A stretch of DNA of 64,000 nt from the NCBI GenBank assembly GCA_964016885.1, contig OZ024744.1, forward strand, positions 24,490,001 to 24,554,000. The letters run 5' to 3'. The translations under genes and the position numbers were made by a program. Under the pieces are notes generated by a model, which saw nothing but the letters and a program-made list of their open reading frames with translations, was not told where the DNA came from and made no database searches. Source of the DNA: Eledone cirrhosa. Lineage: Eukaryota. Shown here piece after piece: positions 53,101-63,620 of this stretch (positions within the stretch are counted from its first letter, which is position 1; the number at the start of each line of letters is the position of its first letter).

Positions 53101-54778
53101 TGACAGTTGAACATCTGCGTTTAGCTCTTAGAAATCCAGCAAATGGAAATCCCCAGGGAAAGACAAAATATCAAATGTTTTGATAAATGCCTTCACAGAG
53201 TCTCATGAGCTGTTAGCCCAACTTTACAATGAAATAGTTAAGGAGCCAGAAAAGATACCATCATGGCTAGTTAACGGCATTACATTCCTGCTTCCGAAGA
53301 ATGATGAGACAAACAATCCCCAAAATTACAGACCGATAACTTGTTTGACCACAATGTATAACATTTTAACACAGTCCTAACTGAATATACATATGATCAC
53401 CTGATAACAAATGATCTATTTCCCAATGAGCAGAAAGGGTGTAAACGAGGCTCATATAGCTGTAAAGATCAGCTTTTGGTTAACAAAATGATACTGGAAG
53501 ATTGTCATAATAGACACAAAAATCTATCAATTGCTTGGATAGATTATAAAAAAGCATTCGATAGTTTGCCACACAGTTGGATTGAAAAAGGTTTAGAGAT
53601 TTTCAAAATATCTCCCGTTGTCAGGAGGTTCCTGTCATTCAGTATGAAGACATGGAAAACGACACTCCTTTTGAATAGTGAAAAAAAAATCACTGGAAGA
53701 TGGAAAAGTTAATATTAATTGTGGAATTGTTCAGGGTGACTCTTTATCACCGCTGTTATTCTGCATCGCACTTATACCATTAACTAAAATGCTCAATGAA
53801 ACAAAACATGAATATAAAGTCTATGACAAAACTATTAATCATTTATTCTACATGGATGACCTGAAACTATTTGCAAAAAATGATGAGCAATTGCAAGGGT
53901 TATTATCCACTGTGGAGCAGTTCAGTGATGATATTAAAATGGAGTTTGGACAAGATAAATGTGCCAAAGCCACGTTCACCAGAGGAAAGCTGCTGAAAAG
54001 TTCAGACATTAATCTTGATCGGGGGAATGTGATAAGAGAACTTGATCAAGAGGAAACTTACAAATATCTAGGTGTTTGTGAAGAAGACGGAATCAAGCAC
54101 TCGACAATGAAGGAAAGGATAAGGAAGGAATGTTACCGCAGAGTAAGAGCAATCTTAAGAACGGAATTGAATGCAAGGAATAGGATCGATGCCATAAACA
54201 CGCTTGCCATACCAGTAGTAACCTACAGTTACAATGTCATCAACTGGTCAAGTACAGAGATCCGTAGGCTCGATACAAAAATTAGAACATTCTTAACCAT
54301 GCACAGAATGCATCACCCTAAGGCAGATACAGATAGAATATATTTCCCTAGGAAAGAAGGAGGACGTGGGTTAATCCAGTTAGACATTGCGTTGAAAACT
54401 GCAACAATTGGATTATCTACATATCTAAGGGTATCACATGATTGGATGATCAAACTCGTTTTGAAACACGAAAGTATCAAAAGATCATTCTCCATTACAA
54501 AAGATGTACAAAGATACAGTAATGAACTACACATTTCAGAAGTCCCATTTACTGCTGAAATGGAAAACACAGAAAAAGCAAGCAGGTAAATGTAGCTGCA
54601 AAGAAAGAACTGCTACAGAAACTGGCTAAGAAATGGCAAGAAAAGCCTCTGTATGGAAAATACCCAGAAAGAGCTAACAATCTTGATGTTGACAAAACTT
54701 TAACCCATCCGTGGTTGGCATCCTCTGGACTGAAATTGGAGACTGAAGGACTAATTATATCAGCACAAGATTAGTGTC
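53100..54778 (+). mobile_element. R4/Dong-type non-LTR retrotransposon fragment A (RT pseudogene)
   Basis: [60 protein letters not shown] and R.EGGRGL are spread over three frames (53180..53380, 53476..53712, 53678..54589). It stops at ETEGLIISAQD, before the zinc knuckle. Confidence 0.92.
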
Positions 54779-56850
54779 TGGTAATGAAAAACCGAATCAC
54801 GGGTAATGATGTTACCAACTATAGGCCTATCACATGTTTGTCCGTACTGTGGAAACTGTTAACAAGCATTGTGTCTGAGGAAATGTACCATCACCTCCAC
54901 TTAAACAACTTGTTACCGGAGGAATAGAAAGGATGCCGAAAGAAGTCACGTGGTACAAAAGACCAGTTACTTATTGATAAGATGGTCATGAGGAATTGCA
55001 AGAGGAGGCACACTGGTCTTGATATGGGATGGATAGATTACAAAAAGGCATTCGACATGGTACCTCATTCTTGGATAACCAAAATCCTAGAGATCTTCAA
55101 GGTGGAAGATAACATCAGACAGTTGTTGAGCAACAGTATGAGGTCCTGGGAAACAGAGTTAACATCAGGTGGAGAAACCTTGGGAGGCGTGAGGATCAAG
55201 AGAGGTATCTTCGAGGGAGTTAGTTTGTCCCCTCTGCTGTTTGTCCTTGCCCTGATAACCCTGTCCGTTATACTGCGAAAAGTGAGAGCAGGATACAAGT
55301 TGGGAAGAGGAGGGCTTACCATCAACAACCTCTTCTTCCTGGACGATCTTAAACTCTTTGGGAAGAGTGAGAACAAGTTGGATGTGCTTGTTGACACTGT
55401 CCGTATTTTTAGCAATGGTATATGTATGCAATTTGGTATTAGTAAGTGTGGAGTCCTTGTGATGAAGAGGGTTAAATTGAGCAGAAGCAACGGAATCCAG
55501 GTACCATCAGGTGAGATGATAAAGGAAATTGACACTGAAGAAGGATACAAATATTTAGGTGTTCTGGAGGCTGATGACATCAAGAACAAAAAAATGAAGG
55601 AATTGATAAGATCTGAATACATTCGGAGATTAAGGAGCGTGTTAAAATCACATCTAAATAGTAGGAATGTCATAAGTGCAGTAAATTCCCGAGCTGTGTC
55701 TATTATTAGGTACAGTGCGGGAATTCTGAGATGGAATGTTGCTGAACAAAAAGAAATGGATAGGAAGACTAGGAAGCTATTGACTATCTACAACATGTTC
55801 CACAAGAGGAGTGATGTCGATAGACTCTACTTAAAGAGATCTGAAGGTGGAAGAGGTCTTATCAGCATAGAGGACTGTGTTCATATGGAGAAAAACAACC
55901 TACACGAATATGTGACTGACAGTAGGGAGCCAATGCTGAAAAGTGTACTGAAAGGGAAGACAATAGACCAGGCGATGTCCAAGGATGAAATAACAAGGAG
56001 GATGAGCAGCCTTCATGAAAAATCTCTTCATAGCACCTTCTTTAAGAAAACGGAATTTAGAGATCCACAGATAAGGAACTGGTTAAAAAGAGACCTTAAA
56101 AAGGCTACAGAAGGAATGCTAATGGCTGCGCAAGAGCAGGCCCTCAGAACGAAGTGGGTGAAACACGATATTGACAAGGAGGAGGATAGCCCACTGTGTA
56201 GGATCTGTGGAGAGAGAGAGGAGACTGTGGCTCACATTGTATCCGAGTGTAAACACCTAGCCCAGACTCACTATAAAGGCTGGAGACATGATGTGATGGG
56301 CAGGGTGATCCACCTATGCAATGTAAACAATTTACCACATTCTGAGAAGTGGTATGAGCATAAGCCAGAGTCGGTGACAGAAAACGTTCAGGTGAAGGTG
56401 CTATGGGATTTTAGGATACAGACGGACTAGAAACTGGAACACAATAGGCCTGACCTGGTGGTTTTGGACAAGGAAAAAAGATCGTGCCTGATTATAGATG
56501 TAGCCTGCCCATTTGACACGAGAGTGCAAGAAAAGGAGAGGGAGAAAATTAAGCGATACCAGGACTTAAAGTGGGAGGTAAAAAGGATTTGGAACTGCCA
56601 TGAAATCAAGGTCGTCCTGATTGTCATAGGCGCACTAGTACTATCTCAAAGAGTTTCCAAGGATGGGTAAAGAAGATTAGTCCAGCCCCGCTTTTTGGAA
56701 CACTTCAAAAGGCATGCTTGCTGGGAACAGCAAGAACCCTCCGATACGTCCTGAATGTCTGAGGCTGCTGGTAGCGGCTTGATATTAATTTTAACAAACT
56801 TTCCAGTTAAATAACATCAATGACTGAGACTCAAAGAACAATAATAATAG
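54779..56850 (+). mobile_element. R4/Dong-type element copy B: RT, CCHC and restriction-like endonuclease, intact 3' end, 5'-truncated
   Basis: NYRPITCL starts near 54817. The 482-aa ORF 54982..56430 has [20 protein letters not shown] and [18 protein letters not shown]. It is followed by the RLE motif NRPDLVV..IIDVACP..KIKRYQDL and the terminal LQKACLLGTARTLRYVLNV* (TGA at 56760-62). A ~85-nt 3' UTR ends in AATAATAAT. Confidence 0.93.
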
Positions 56851-58607
56851 ATCATAGAAGAAATTGAAAACTTTTGGAGTAAGAATTGGAGTGATGAGAA
56901 GTTCTATAAGGCTAATGGAGATTTGATTTAGTGGCTTGGAAAAATCCTACACAAATTTACAAGAACAAGCGTGGGAAGGCATGTTGTAGACTTAAGGACA
57001 GCACTCAATACAGTTCATAAGTGGAAATCTCCTGGTAGATTAATAGAACAGGGTACGGTTACAAAATTGAAAGCAAGAAAATAAGCCACCTATTTTATAT
57101 TGATGATTTAAAGCTATATTGCAAAGATAATGACCGGCTGGAAGGCTTTTGCGGACAGTAAAAACATTTAGTGATGACACCAAAATGGAGTTTGGACTTG
57201 ATAAGTGTGCCAAAGCCACTTTCAAGAAAAGGAAGCTTGTCAACTCAAACTCAGGTGAATTAGATGCTGAAACAGTCATAAAGGAACTTGAGTAGGAACA
57301 AACCTATAAATACTTAGGGATTAATGAGGGCTCTGACATTCAGCATGCAAGTATGAAAGAGAGGATAAGGAAGAGATGTTTCAGGAGAGTACGCGCAGTT
57401 CTGAGATCAGAACTAAACACTCGTAACAAGGTGCTAGCCATAAACTCCTTGGCAGTCCCAGTTGTCACTTATAGCTTCGGTGTGTTGAACTGGAATATGA
57501 GTGAAATTAAAAGAGTCGACTTCAAAATCCGTACGTTACTGACTTGTAATAGGATGGACCACCCGAAAGCAGATGTGCATCATCTTTACCTTCCTAGAAC
57601 TTAAGGAGGCCGTAGCCTGATCCAATTTCAACTCATGTACAAAACCGCCACTATTGTACTGGCCAAATACCTTGAAACAACAAACGACTGTATGCTGACA
57701 GTTGTTGAGAAACATGAGAGAAGTAAGAAGCTTCATTCTTTCTTGAAGGAAAGCAAAACATATGCTAGTGATTTCATGCTTCATCCCCGGGCTGGACAGA
57801 CTGGGGAAACTGTTGCAATTGATGCTGTTAAGCACGTAAAATTAATGGCAAAAGCAAAAGGGCAAGAACAATTAGCATCATAGTGGGAGCAGAAACGTCT
57901 GCATAGAAGATACGTGGCCCGTAGCAAACAAGCTGATGTTGACCAAAAGCACACCCATCAGTGACTACGTAGCTCAGGGCTAAATGCAGAGAGTGAAGGC
58001 TTCAACTTAGCTGCCCAAGATTTACTGACACAGAATTACCAGGCCACTGACAAGGAATTACCAGGCCACTAACAAGGAATTACCAGAATTACTAGAGAAA
58101 TGGAGTAAATCCAAAGTGCCGATTCTGCAATGTTTTGGTTGAAACAGTGGACCACCTAGTTTCTGGATGTAAAGTTTTAGCCCCAGTAGAGTACAAATAT
58201 AGACATGACAGAGTTGGCCAATATCTACACTGGGTAATATGTCGGCATTATAAAATCAAAGCTGCTGACAAGTGGTACAATCATAACCCTGAGGCTGTAA
58301 CTGAAGGAGAAAAAGTAAAATTTATTTGGGACTTTCCTGTACATACTGACCGGATCATAAAAGCTAATTGACCAGACATCATTGTACAAGACCAACATAG
58401 CAAGGTCTGTTTATTGATTGATATGAGCACCCATGTGATCACAATATCGCGACAAAAGAATTTGACAAGTTAAAAAAATATAAAGATCTGCTCATTGAAA
58501 TCGAAAAAATGTGACACCTCAAGCCCGCTACAATACCAGTGATTGTGGGACCATTGGGAATGATCAATAAAGGAACAGAACAGTATTTCAGAATGATTCC
58601 TGGGTTA
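56851..58607 (+). mobile_element. R4/Dong-type element copy C, heavily decayed, with an internal deletion
   Basis: IENFWSKNWS...KWKSPG jumps directly to NRTGYGY..SHLFYIDDLKL near 57040, so the RT N-terminal motifs are missing. Then come YKYLG, CRFCNVLVETVDHLVSGC, WDFPVHTD, PDII and IPVIVGPLG, with many stops. Confidence 0.9.
58024..58092 (+). repeat. 22-bp local tandem duplication inside copy C
   Basis: GAATTACCAGGCCACT(G/A)ACAAG starts at 58033 and 58055, with partial copies at 58077 and 58086. Confidence 0.85.
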
Positions 58608-58999
58608 GTTCAGATCAAGTTGTCGAAACGGCCGGAGCTCAGCCGTCGGGGTCCTGACTCTTTTCCTACTACCAACTCTACTAGCCTAAGTATTGAGTAC
58701 TCTGGTGCGGCGTTATAGTCCACCTGGTTCCTTACCACACTTCCTTCGTATATATATATATATATATCATTTATTTTTTATCATTTATTTTGTTTTGACC
58801 TGTTTAGCTTGATTTGGTTTTTGGCTTGGGTGGTTAATTCCTTCTTGACCACCTTTTCAGTTTTGTATGGTTTCTTAACACATTGTTTAGCTCTGGTTTT
58901 TAAGTATTGAGCACTTTGCCAGTATCATTTCTGATTTTTGCTTTTCACTTCGCTTTTCCTGCCCGCCGAAAAATGCGATTCTCGCTGAATTTTTATTTG

Positions 59000-59005
59000 T
59001 ATATA

Positions 59006-59070
<65 letters not shown>
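59000..59070. repeat. (TA)n microsatellite
   Basis: ~70 bp of nearly pure TA repeat. Confidence 0.97.
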
Positions 59071-59073
<3 letters not shown>

Positions 59074-59353
59074 GTATCAATCGTGGACTGCCAACATTAA
59101 AAATATTCAACGGTATTGCAGCACTAGTCCACTAGTATAGAACATATATGACATAATCACTTGAGACAGAGGAAAGAAATCAAGCACAGTAATGGGAATC
59201 AGTTGTGCAGCGGATTTAACATAAAGATAAGTGCAACAGAAAAATCAATTAGGAAATACAAGCTACAAGCTATTAATTGCACTGTAAAATATGTAAAATA
59301 TTCTAGAAGCTTAGTATGAATAAGTGTATATACACACGAGTAGACATGGGAGC

Positions 59354-59376
59354 ATATATGTATGTATATGTATGTG

Positions 59377-59458
<82 letters not shown>

Positions 59459-59531
59459 GGGAGAGAGAGGGAGAGAGATTTGTTTATATATATGATTATA
59501 TTTATACACACACAAACATACGCATATAAGA

Positions 59532-59569
<38 letters not shown>

Positions 59570-59585
59570 CTATATATACATATGT
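59354..59585. repeat. Compound microsatellite (TA)n/(TG)n/(GA)n
   Basis: Alternating TA, TG and GA tracts. These are the source of the spurious IYIYIY ORFs. Confidence 0.95.
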
Positions 59586-59749
59586 AAACATACATAAGTG
59601 AAAACAAACAGTTCCATATATGCGGTGACATCCCTGCTTGCATATAGGCAAACATACATTCATACATACATATATACATGATGGCTACATCCTCGTTATC
59701 GAGTATGGCCATTGCACGTAAAAAAAAACATAATGATAATGACAATTAT

Positions 59750-59947
59750 AGTAATAATAATTGTTTCGACTTTTGGCACAAGGCCACCAATTACCCAATG
59801 CATTACTGGTACTTTATTGTATCGACCCCGTAAGGATGAAAGGCAAAGTTAACCTTGAGGGATTTGAACTCAGATCATACAGAGAAGTAACTCTATGCTT
59901 CAAAGTATGGCGTCCGACCTCTACCGATACTGCCAATCCACCGCCTT
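59750..59947 (-). mobile_element. tRNA-derived SINE, near full length
   Basis: The minus strand reads AGGCGGTGGATTGGCAGTATCGGTAG (A-box-like) ... GAGTTCAAATCC (B-box) ... ACTTTGCCTTTCATCCTTACGGGGTCGAT ... AAACAATTATTATT tail. The body is repeated at 59958-60085 and 52790-52871. Confidence 0.78.
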
Positions 59948-59957
59948 TTTTATATTA

Positions 59958-60085
59958 TAGTAATAATTGTTTCTATTTTAGGCACAAGGCCAGCAATTAC
60001 CCAGTGCATTACTGGTACTTTATTTTATCGACCCCGTAAGGATGAAAGGCAAAGTCAACCTCGGCGGGATTTGAACTCAGAATGG
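59958..60085 (-). mobile_element. Second copy of the same SINE, 5'-truncated just before the B-box
   Basis: Direct repeat of 59750-59873 with high identity (GGCACAAGGCCA..ACTGGTACTTTATT..ATCGACCCCGTAAGGATGAAAGGCAAAGT..GGGATTTGAACTCAGA). Confidence 0.8.
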
Positions 60086-60150
60086 TAAAATATATACATA
60101 CATGTATATATATATTATAGTAATAATAGTAACAAATTATATATATACAT

Positions 60151-60186
<36 letters not shown>

Positions 60187-60187
<1 letters not shown>

Positions 60188-62610
60188 CCTGCTTGTTTTG
60201 GGGGACTTCAATGCACATCTGAGTAAGGAGGGAAGTGAAGATCCTTGTTGGTACTTCCATAACAACACCAACTGAAATGGAAGACTACTGAGAGACACCC
60301 TGCTGGAGGCGAACTTGATGGCGACCAACCTAAGGTTTAGGAAGAATCTGGGGAAGATGTGGACCTACATCTCAGATATGCACCTGTCCAAGTCCCAGAT
60401 TGATTTCATTCTGGTGAGGAAAAAGTGGCGGAATAGTGTTCTGAACACGGAACCATACAGCTATTTCAGTACACTGGGTAGTGACCACCGGCTTGTTATG
60501 AGTGAGGTCCGCGTGAGCTTAAGAAAGAGCAAGGCTCAGCCCCGGAGAACAATCTATGACTGGGGAGCTTTCAAGGAAGATGATAAGTGATAAGATACAG
60601 GAGAGGTTCACAGTGGAAGTGAGAAACAGGTTTAGTGCTCTGTGTGGAGAGTCAGAGGAGAGAGAGATTGGATGGACTGGGAAGAGTGTGACGAGGAGGT
60701 ACCGGCACTTCACCAATGCAGTGGCGGAAGCAAGTGAAACCCTTGTGCCTAGGAAAAAGAACAAAGCGAAGCACGTCAGCTCTGCAAACCCAAAAGTGTG
60801 TGCAGCCAGAGAACACCTGAAAGCTGCCAGGGACCAATTCTATGCTGATCCTACGGAGGAGAGGATGGAGACTGTGGAGGTGATGAGGGAAGAGCTCTGT
60901 ACCGCTTACACTGAGGTCAGAGAGGAGGCACTGAGAGAGAAGATCAGAAGTGTGGAGAGAGCGGTTGACAGATCTGGATGTAAGGAGAGCTGGATGATAA
61001 TCAACGAGATCACAAGGAGGAAGAGAAGGTGTTCGAGTCAGATCCAGGGAACAGGGCCCGAGGATAGGAAGAGGAAATGGCTAGACCATTTTAGGACCCT
61101 ACTAGGAGAGCCACCCTCCACAGCCCAGAGCACTGGGGAGATCAGGCGGCTGTTTGAGGAACTGGATGTTGAGACAGAGCCCTTCACCAGAGAGGAGCTT
61201 CAGAGAGCCAAGAAGAAGATCAAGGAGGGCAAGGCTCATGGAGAAGATGGAGTGGCATCAGAGGTGATGAAGAGGTGTGATGTTGATGATATCATCCTGG
61301 GGTTCTGTAACGGGACACTGGAGAAAGGAGTTGCCCCGAATCAGTGGAGGATCAGTAACATCGTCCCAGTGCCAAAGAAGGGAGATCTCTCTAACACCAA
61401 CAACTACCGGGGGATCTCACTGACGTCACTTGTGGCAAAGACCCTCAACTGGATGATTCTTAACTGGATCCAGCCTGAGATGGAGAAGAAGCTCAGAGAC
61501 AACCAGAACGGCTTCAGAGAGGGTAGATCAACCACCAGTCACATCCTGATGCTGAGGAGGATATTAGAGGGAGCTAGAGCAAAGTGCCTTCCTGCGGTCA
61601 TGGTTTTCATTGACTTTAGGAAGGCCTTTGATTCTGTGGACCGTTACTGCCTGATGAAGATCTTACAGGCTTATGGAATCCCCAAGAGGATAGTGGATCT
61701 GATATCACTGCTCTACACCAACACCAAAGCCCAAGTCATTACACCTGATGGGATGACAGAGTTCTTTGTGATACTGGCTGGAGTGCTCCAGGGAGATACA
61801 TTGGCTCCCTACCTTTTTATCATCGTAGTGGACTATTGTATGCGCCTTGCACTGGAGAAACACCAGGACTCTGGCTTTACTGTAGCACCGGCTCAGAGCA
61901 GGAGAGTTAGGGCGAAAAAGGTATCGGATGCTGAATTTGCCGACGACATAGTTTTGGTGACAAATACAGTGAAGGAGGCAGAGGATTTGATGCGGGAGGT
62001 TGAGACTGTGTCGATGAGTGTGGGGCTGAGAATGAATGAGACTAAAACAAAATATATGGTAGAGAATGTTGAGAAGCCAGAGGGGATCACTAATGTAGGC
62101 GGGAAGCCGCTGGAATTGGTTGAGGACTTCCTGTATTTGGGAGCAAAGATTGGGAATACGGAAGATGATGTGGTTGAGAGGAAGAGCAAGGCCTGGGCGG
62201 CGTGCCACAGCTTGAGATCAGTGTGGAAGTCGGACCTTCGTAGAGACCTGAAAATCCGCCTCTTCATTGCTGTAGTGGAGTCTGTGCTGCTGTATGGGTC
62301 TGAGACTTGGACACTGACCAAGAAACTCACTCAGATGGTGGATGGGTGCTACACGAGAATGCTGAGGATGGCTCTGAACATTAATCAGTATACACTGAGG
62401 ATGAAAAACTCAGAGCTCTATGGGAGCATCCCAAAAGTCAGCTCAAAAGTGACACAGAGGAGACTGAGGTTGGCTGGACATGCTCACCGACATCCAGAGT
62501 TGACATTGCACTCAGTGCTACTTTGGGAGCCCCTACATGGACACACTAGAAGGGGAAGACCAAGGTTAACATATGTTGATGCCCTAAGAACAGACACTGG
62601 TCTGTTGGAG
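60187..62610 (+). mobile_element. RTE-clade LINE (partial APE and RT), 5'-truncated
   Basis: The APE C-terminal half has LGDFNAH, WTY, QIDFIL and SDH. A frameshift near 60590 leads into the long RT ORF. It starts right after a (TA)n tract. Confidence 0.9.
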
Positions 62611-62658
62611 ACACCTTTCAGCTTGGCACAAGCTAATGCCGTAGCGGCGATGAATTAG
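60556..62658 (+). CDS. Reverse transcriptase ORF of the RTE-type LINE (700 aa open frame; not a complete ORF2)
   Basis: PVPKKGD, NYRGISL, QNGFR, FIDFRKAFDSV, GVLQGDTLAPYLF, EFADDIVL, FLYLG and LLYGSETW, with the RTE-typical C-terminus RRLRLAGH...RRGRPRLTY. The first ~11 and last ~15 residues are probably off-frame or flank-derived. Confidence 0.88.
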   Translation: MTGELSRKMISDKIQERFTVEVRNRFSALCGESEEREIGWTGKSVTRRYRHFTNAVAEASETLVPRKKNKAKHVSSANPKVCAAREHLKAARDQFYADPTEERMETVEVMREELCTAYTEVREEALREKIRSVERAVDRSGCKESWMIINEITRRKRRCSSQIQGTGPEDRKRKWLDHFRTLLGEPPSTAQSTGEIRRLFEELDVETEPFTREELQRAKKKIKEGKAHGEDGVASEVMKRCDVDDIILGFCNGTLEKGVAPNQWRISNIVPVPKKGDLSNTNNYRGISLTSLVAKTLNWMILNWIQPEMEKKLRDNQNGFREGRSTTSHILMLRRILEGARAKCLPAVMVFIDFRKAFDSVDRYCLMKILQAYGIPKRIVDLISLLYTNTKAQVITPDGMTEFFVILAGVLQGDTLAPYLFIIVVDYCMRLALEKHQDSGFTVAPAQSRRVRAKKVSDAEFADDIVLVTNTVKEAEDLMREVETVSMSVGLRMNETKTKYMVENVEKPEGITNVGGKPLELVEDFLYLGAKIGNTEDDVVERKSKAWAACHSLRSVWKSDLRRDLKIRLFIAVVESVLLYGSETWTLTKKLTQMVDGCYTRMLRMALNINQYTLRMKNSELYGSIPKVSSKVTQRRLRLAGHAHRHPELTLHSVLLWEPLHGHTRRGRPRLTYVDALRTDTGLLETPFSLAQANAVAAMN

Positions 62659-62899
62659 TTTAGCGAGGTTTTTTATATGAAATCGTGTGTCGAAACAGAT
62701 ATTGTTATACTTGGGGAGGGTCATATTTGTGTAATATTGCCAGAATTAATAACAGAACACACTCACTGTTTGGTTGGTTTTCGCTTCTCGCTGTCTTTTA
62801 TATCTGCGATCTAACTTACAATGTTGCCATTGACTGACCGACGGTCAAAAATGATACAGATACAATATAGACACAAACACATATATATAGTTTACATAA

Positions 62900-62946
62900 T
62901 TTACATAAATCTTTCGTTGCACATCTGCAACATCGTCAGTGGTGTT
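62900..62946 (-). ncRNA. Minimal Penelope-type hammerhead ribozyme motif
   Basis: The minus strand reads ACACCA-CUGACGA-U-GUUGCA-GAUG-UGCAAC-GAAA-GAUU-UA^UG. Both core boxes are present, with a perfect 6-bp stem II and a 1-bp stem III with a 4-nt loop. Stem I is only 2 bp. It lies ~280 nt downstream of the GIY-YIG stop on the same strand. Confidence 0.68.
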
Positions 62947-63620
62947 ATATTTTTTCCTCCTGTTGTGTTGTATGTCTACGCCATTTTTTATTCAGTCTGT
63001 CTATATATTTATTTATTTATTTGTTGTTTGTTTATTTTATTTTGTCTTCTTTGCGCATGCGTTTGCGTGTGTGTATAGTGTTATGTGTGATGTGTGACTA
63101 GTGTGTATAGTGTTGTGTCTGCTGGGTGACTAGTGTGTGTTTATGTGCTTGTTGTTATTGTGCTTGTGTATGTATTTATTTATCTTATTTTATTTTATTT
63201 TATTTTATTTACTTATTTATACTTCTCTTAGGTCAGTGTTGTTTGTTTGGGTGTTGTTGTCGTTCCACTCATTCTTTCTGTTTAGCTTTGGTCTTCTTAT
63301 TTCTATTCCACTGGCCTCTCTGATTTGCCTATCTGCTGGGTCATTCCTATGTTTAGATATTATTCTAATTTCTATGTTGTCTATGTTACTGTCATGTTGT
63401 TGTCTAGCATGTTCGTATAGTACTGACCCGTTTTTTCGTCCTTTTAGTTCCCCCCAGTGTTGGTCTATCCTTTCACCTATGCTACGAGCTGTCTCACCTA
63501 TGTATGTTGTTGTCATGTTTCTGCAAGTACCCTCTGTACATCTTATGCTATAGACTACGTTTCTAATTTTACAGTTTATCCGGGGGTTCACCTTACATAT
63601 GATACATATGATACATCCTA
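62900..63620 (-). mobile_element. Penelope-like element 3' part: GIY-YIG endonuclease and pLTR/3' UTR
   Basis: ORF 63217..63627 has CKIRNVVYSIRC...YIGETARSIGERIDQH...SVLYEH...H...RQIREA...LNRKNEW. A low-complexity UTR and a hammerhead follow. Confidence 0.88.

Noticed and set aside
53102-53116. ACAGTTGAACATCT as a stray satellite monomer or the satellite's origin
   Set aside because: The match is only ~9 nt and lies at the start of RT coding sequence, which is expected by chance.
54313-57835. Minus-strand ORFs (e.g. 55065..55673, 202 aa)
   Set aside because: They are antisense to the R4/Dong RT frames and carry no independent motifs.
58907-60328. Short IYIY/HTHT-rich ORFs
   Set aside because: These are translations of (TA)n/(TG)n microsatellites and SINE sequence.
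53100-62658. Bacterial RT systems (retron, group II intron, DGR, RT-Cas1) associated with the repeat array
   Set aside because: The RTs carry eukaryotic non-LTR hallmarks (APE, CCHC+RLE, RTE C-terminus), are mostly pseudogenised, and share no sequence with the satellite.
62610-62850. Hammerhead at GTGTCGAAACAG
   Set aside because: There is no upstream CUGANGA or paired stem II. It is probably a fragment of an unclassified interspersed repeat that I cannot assign.
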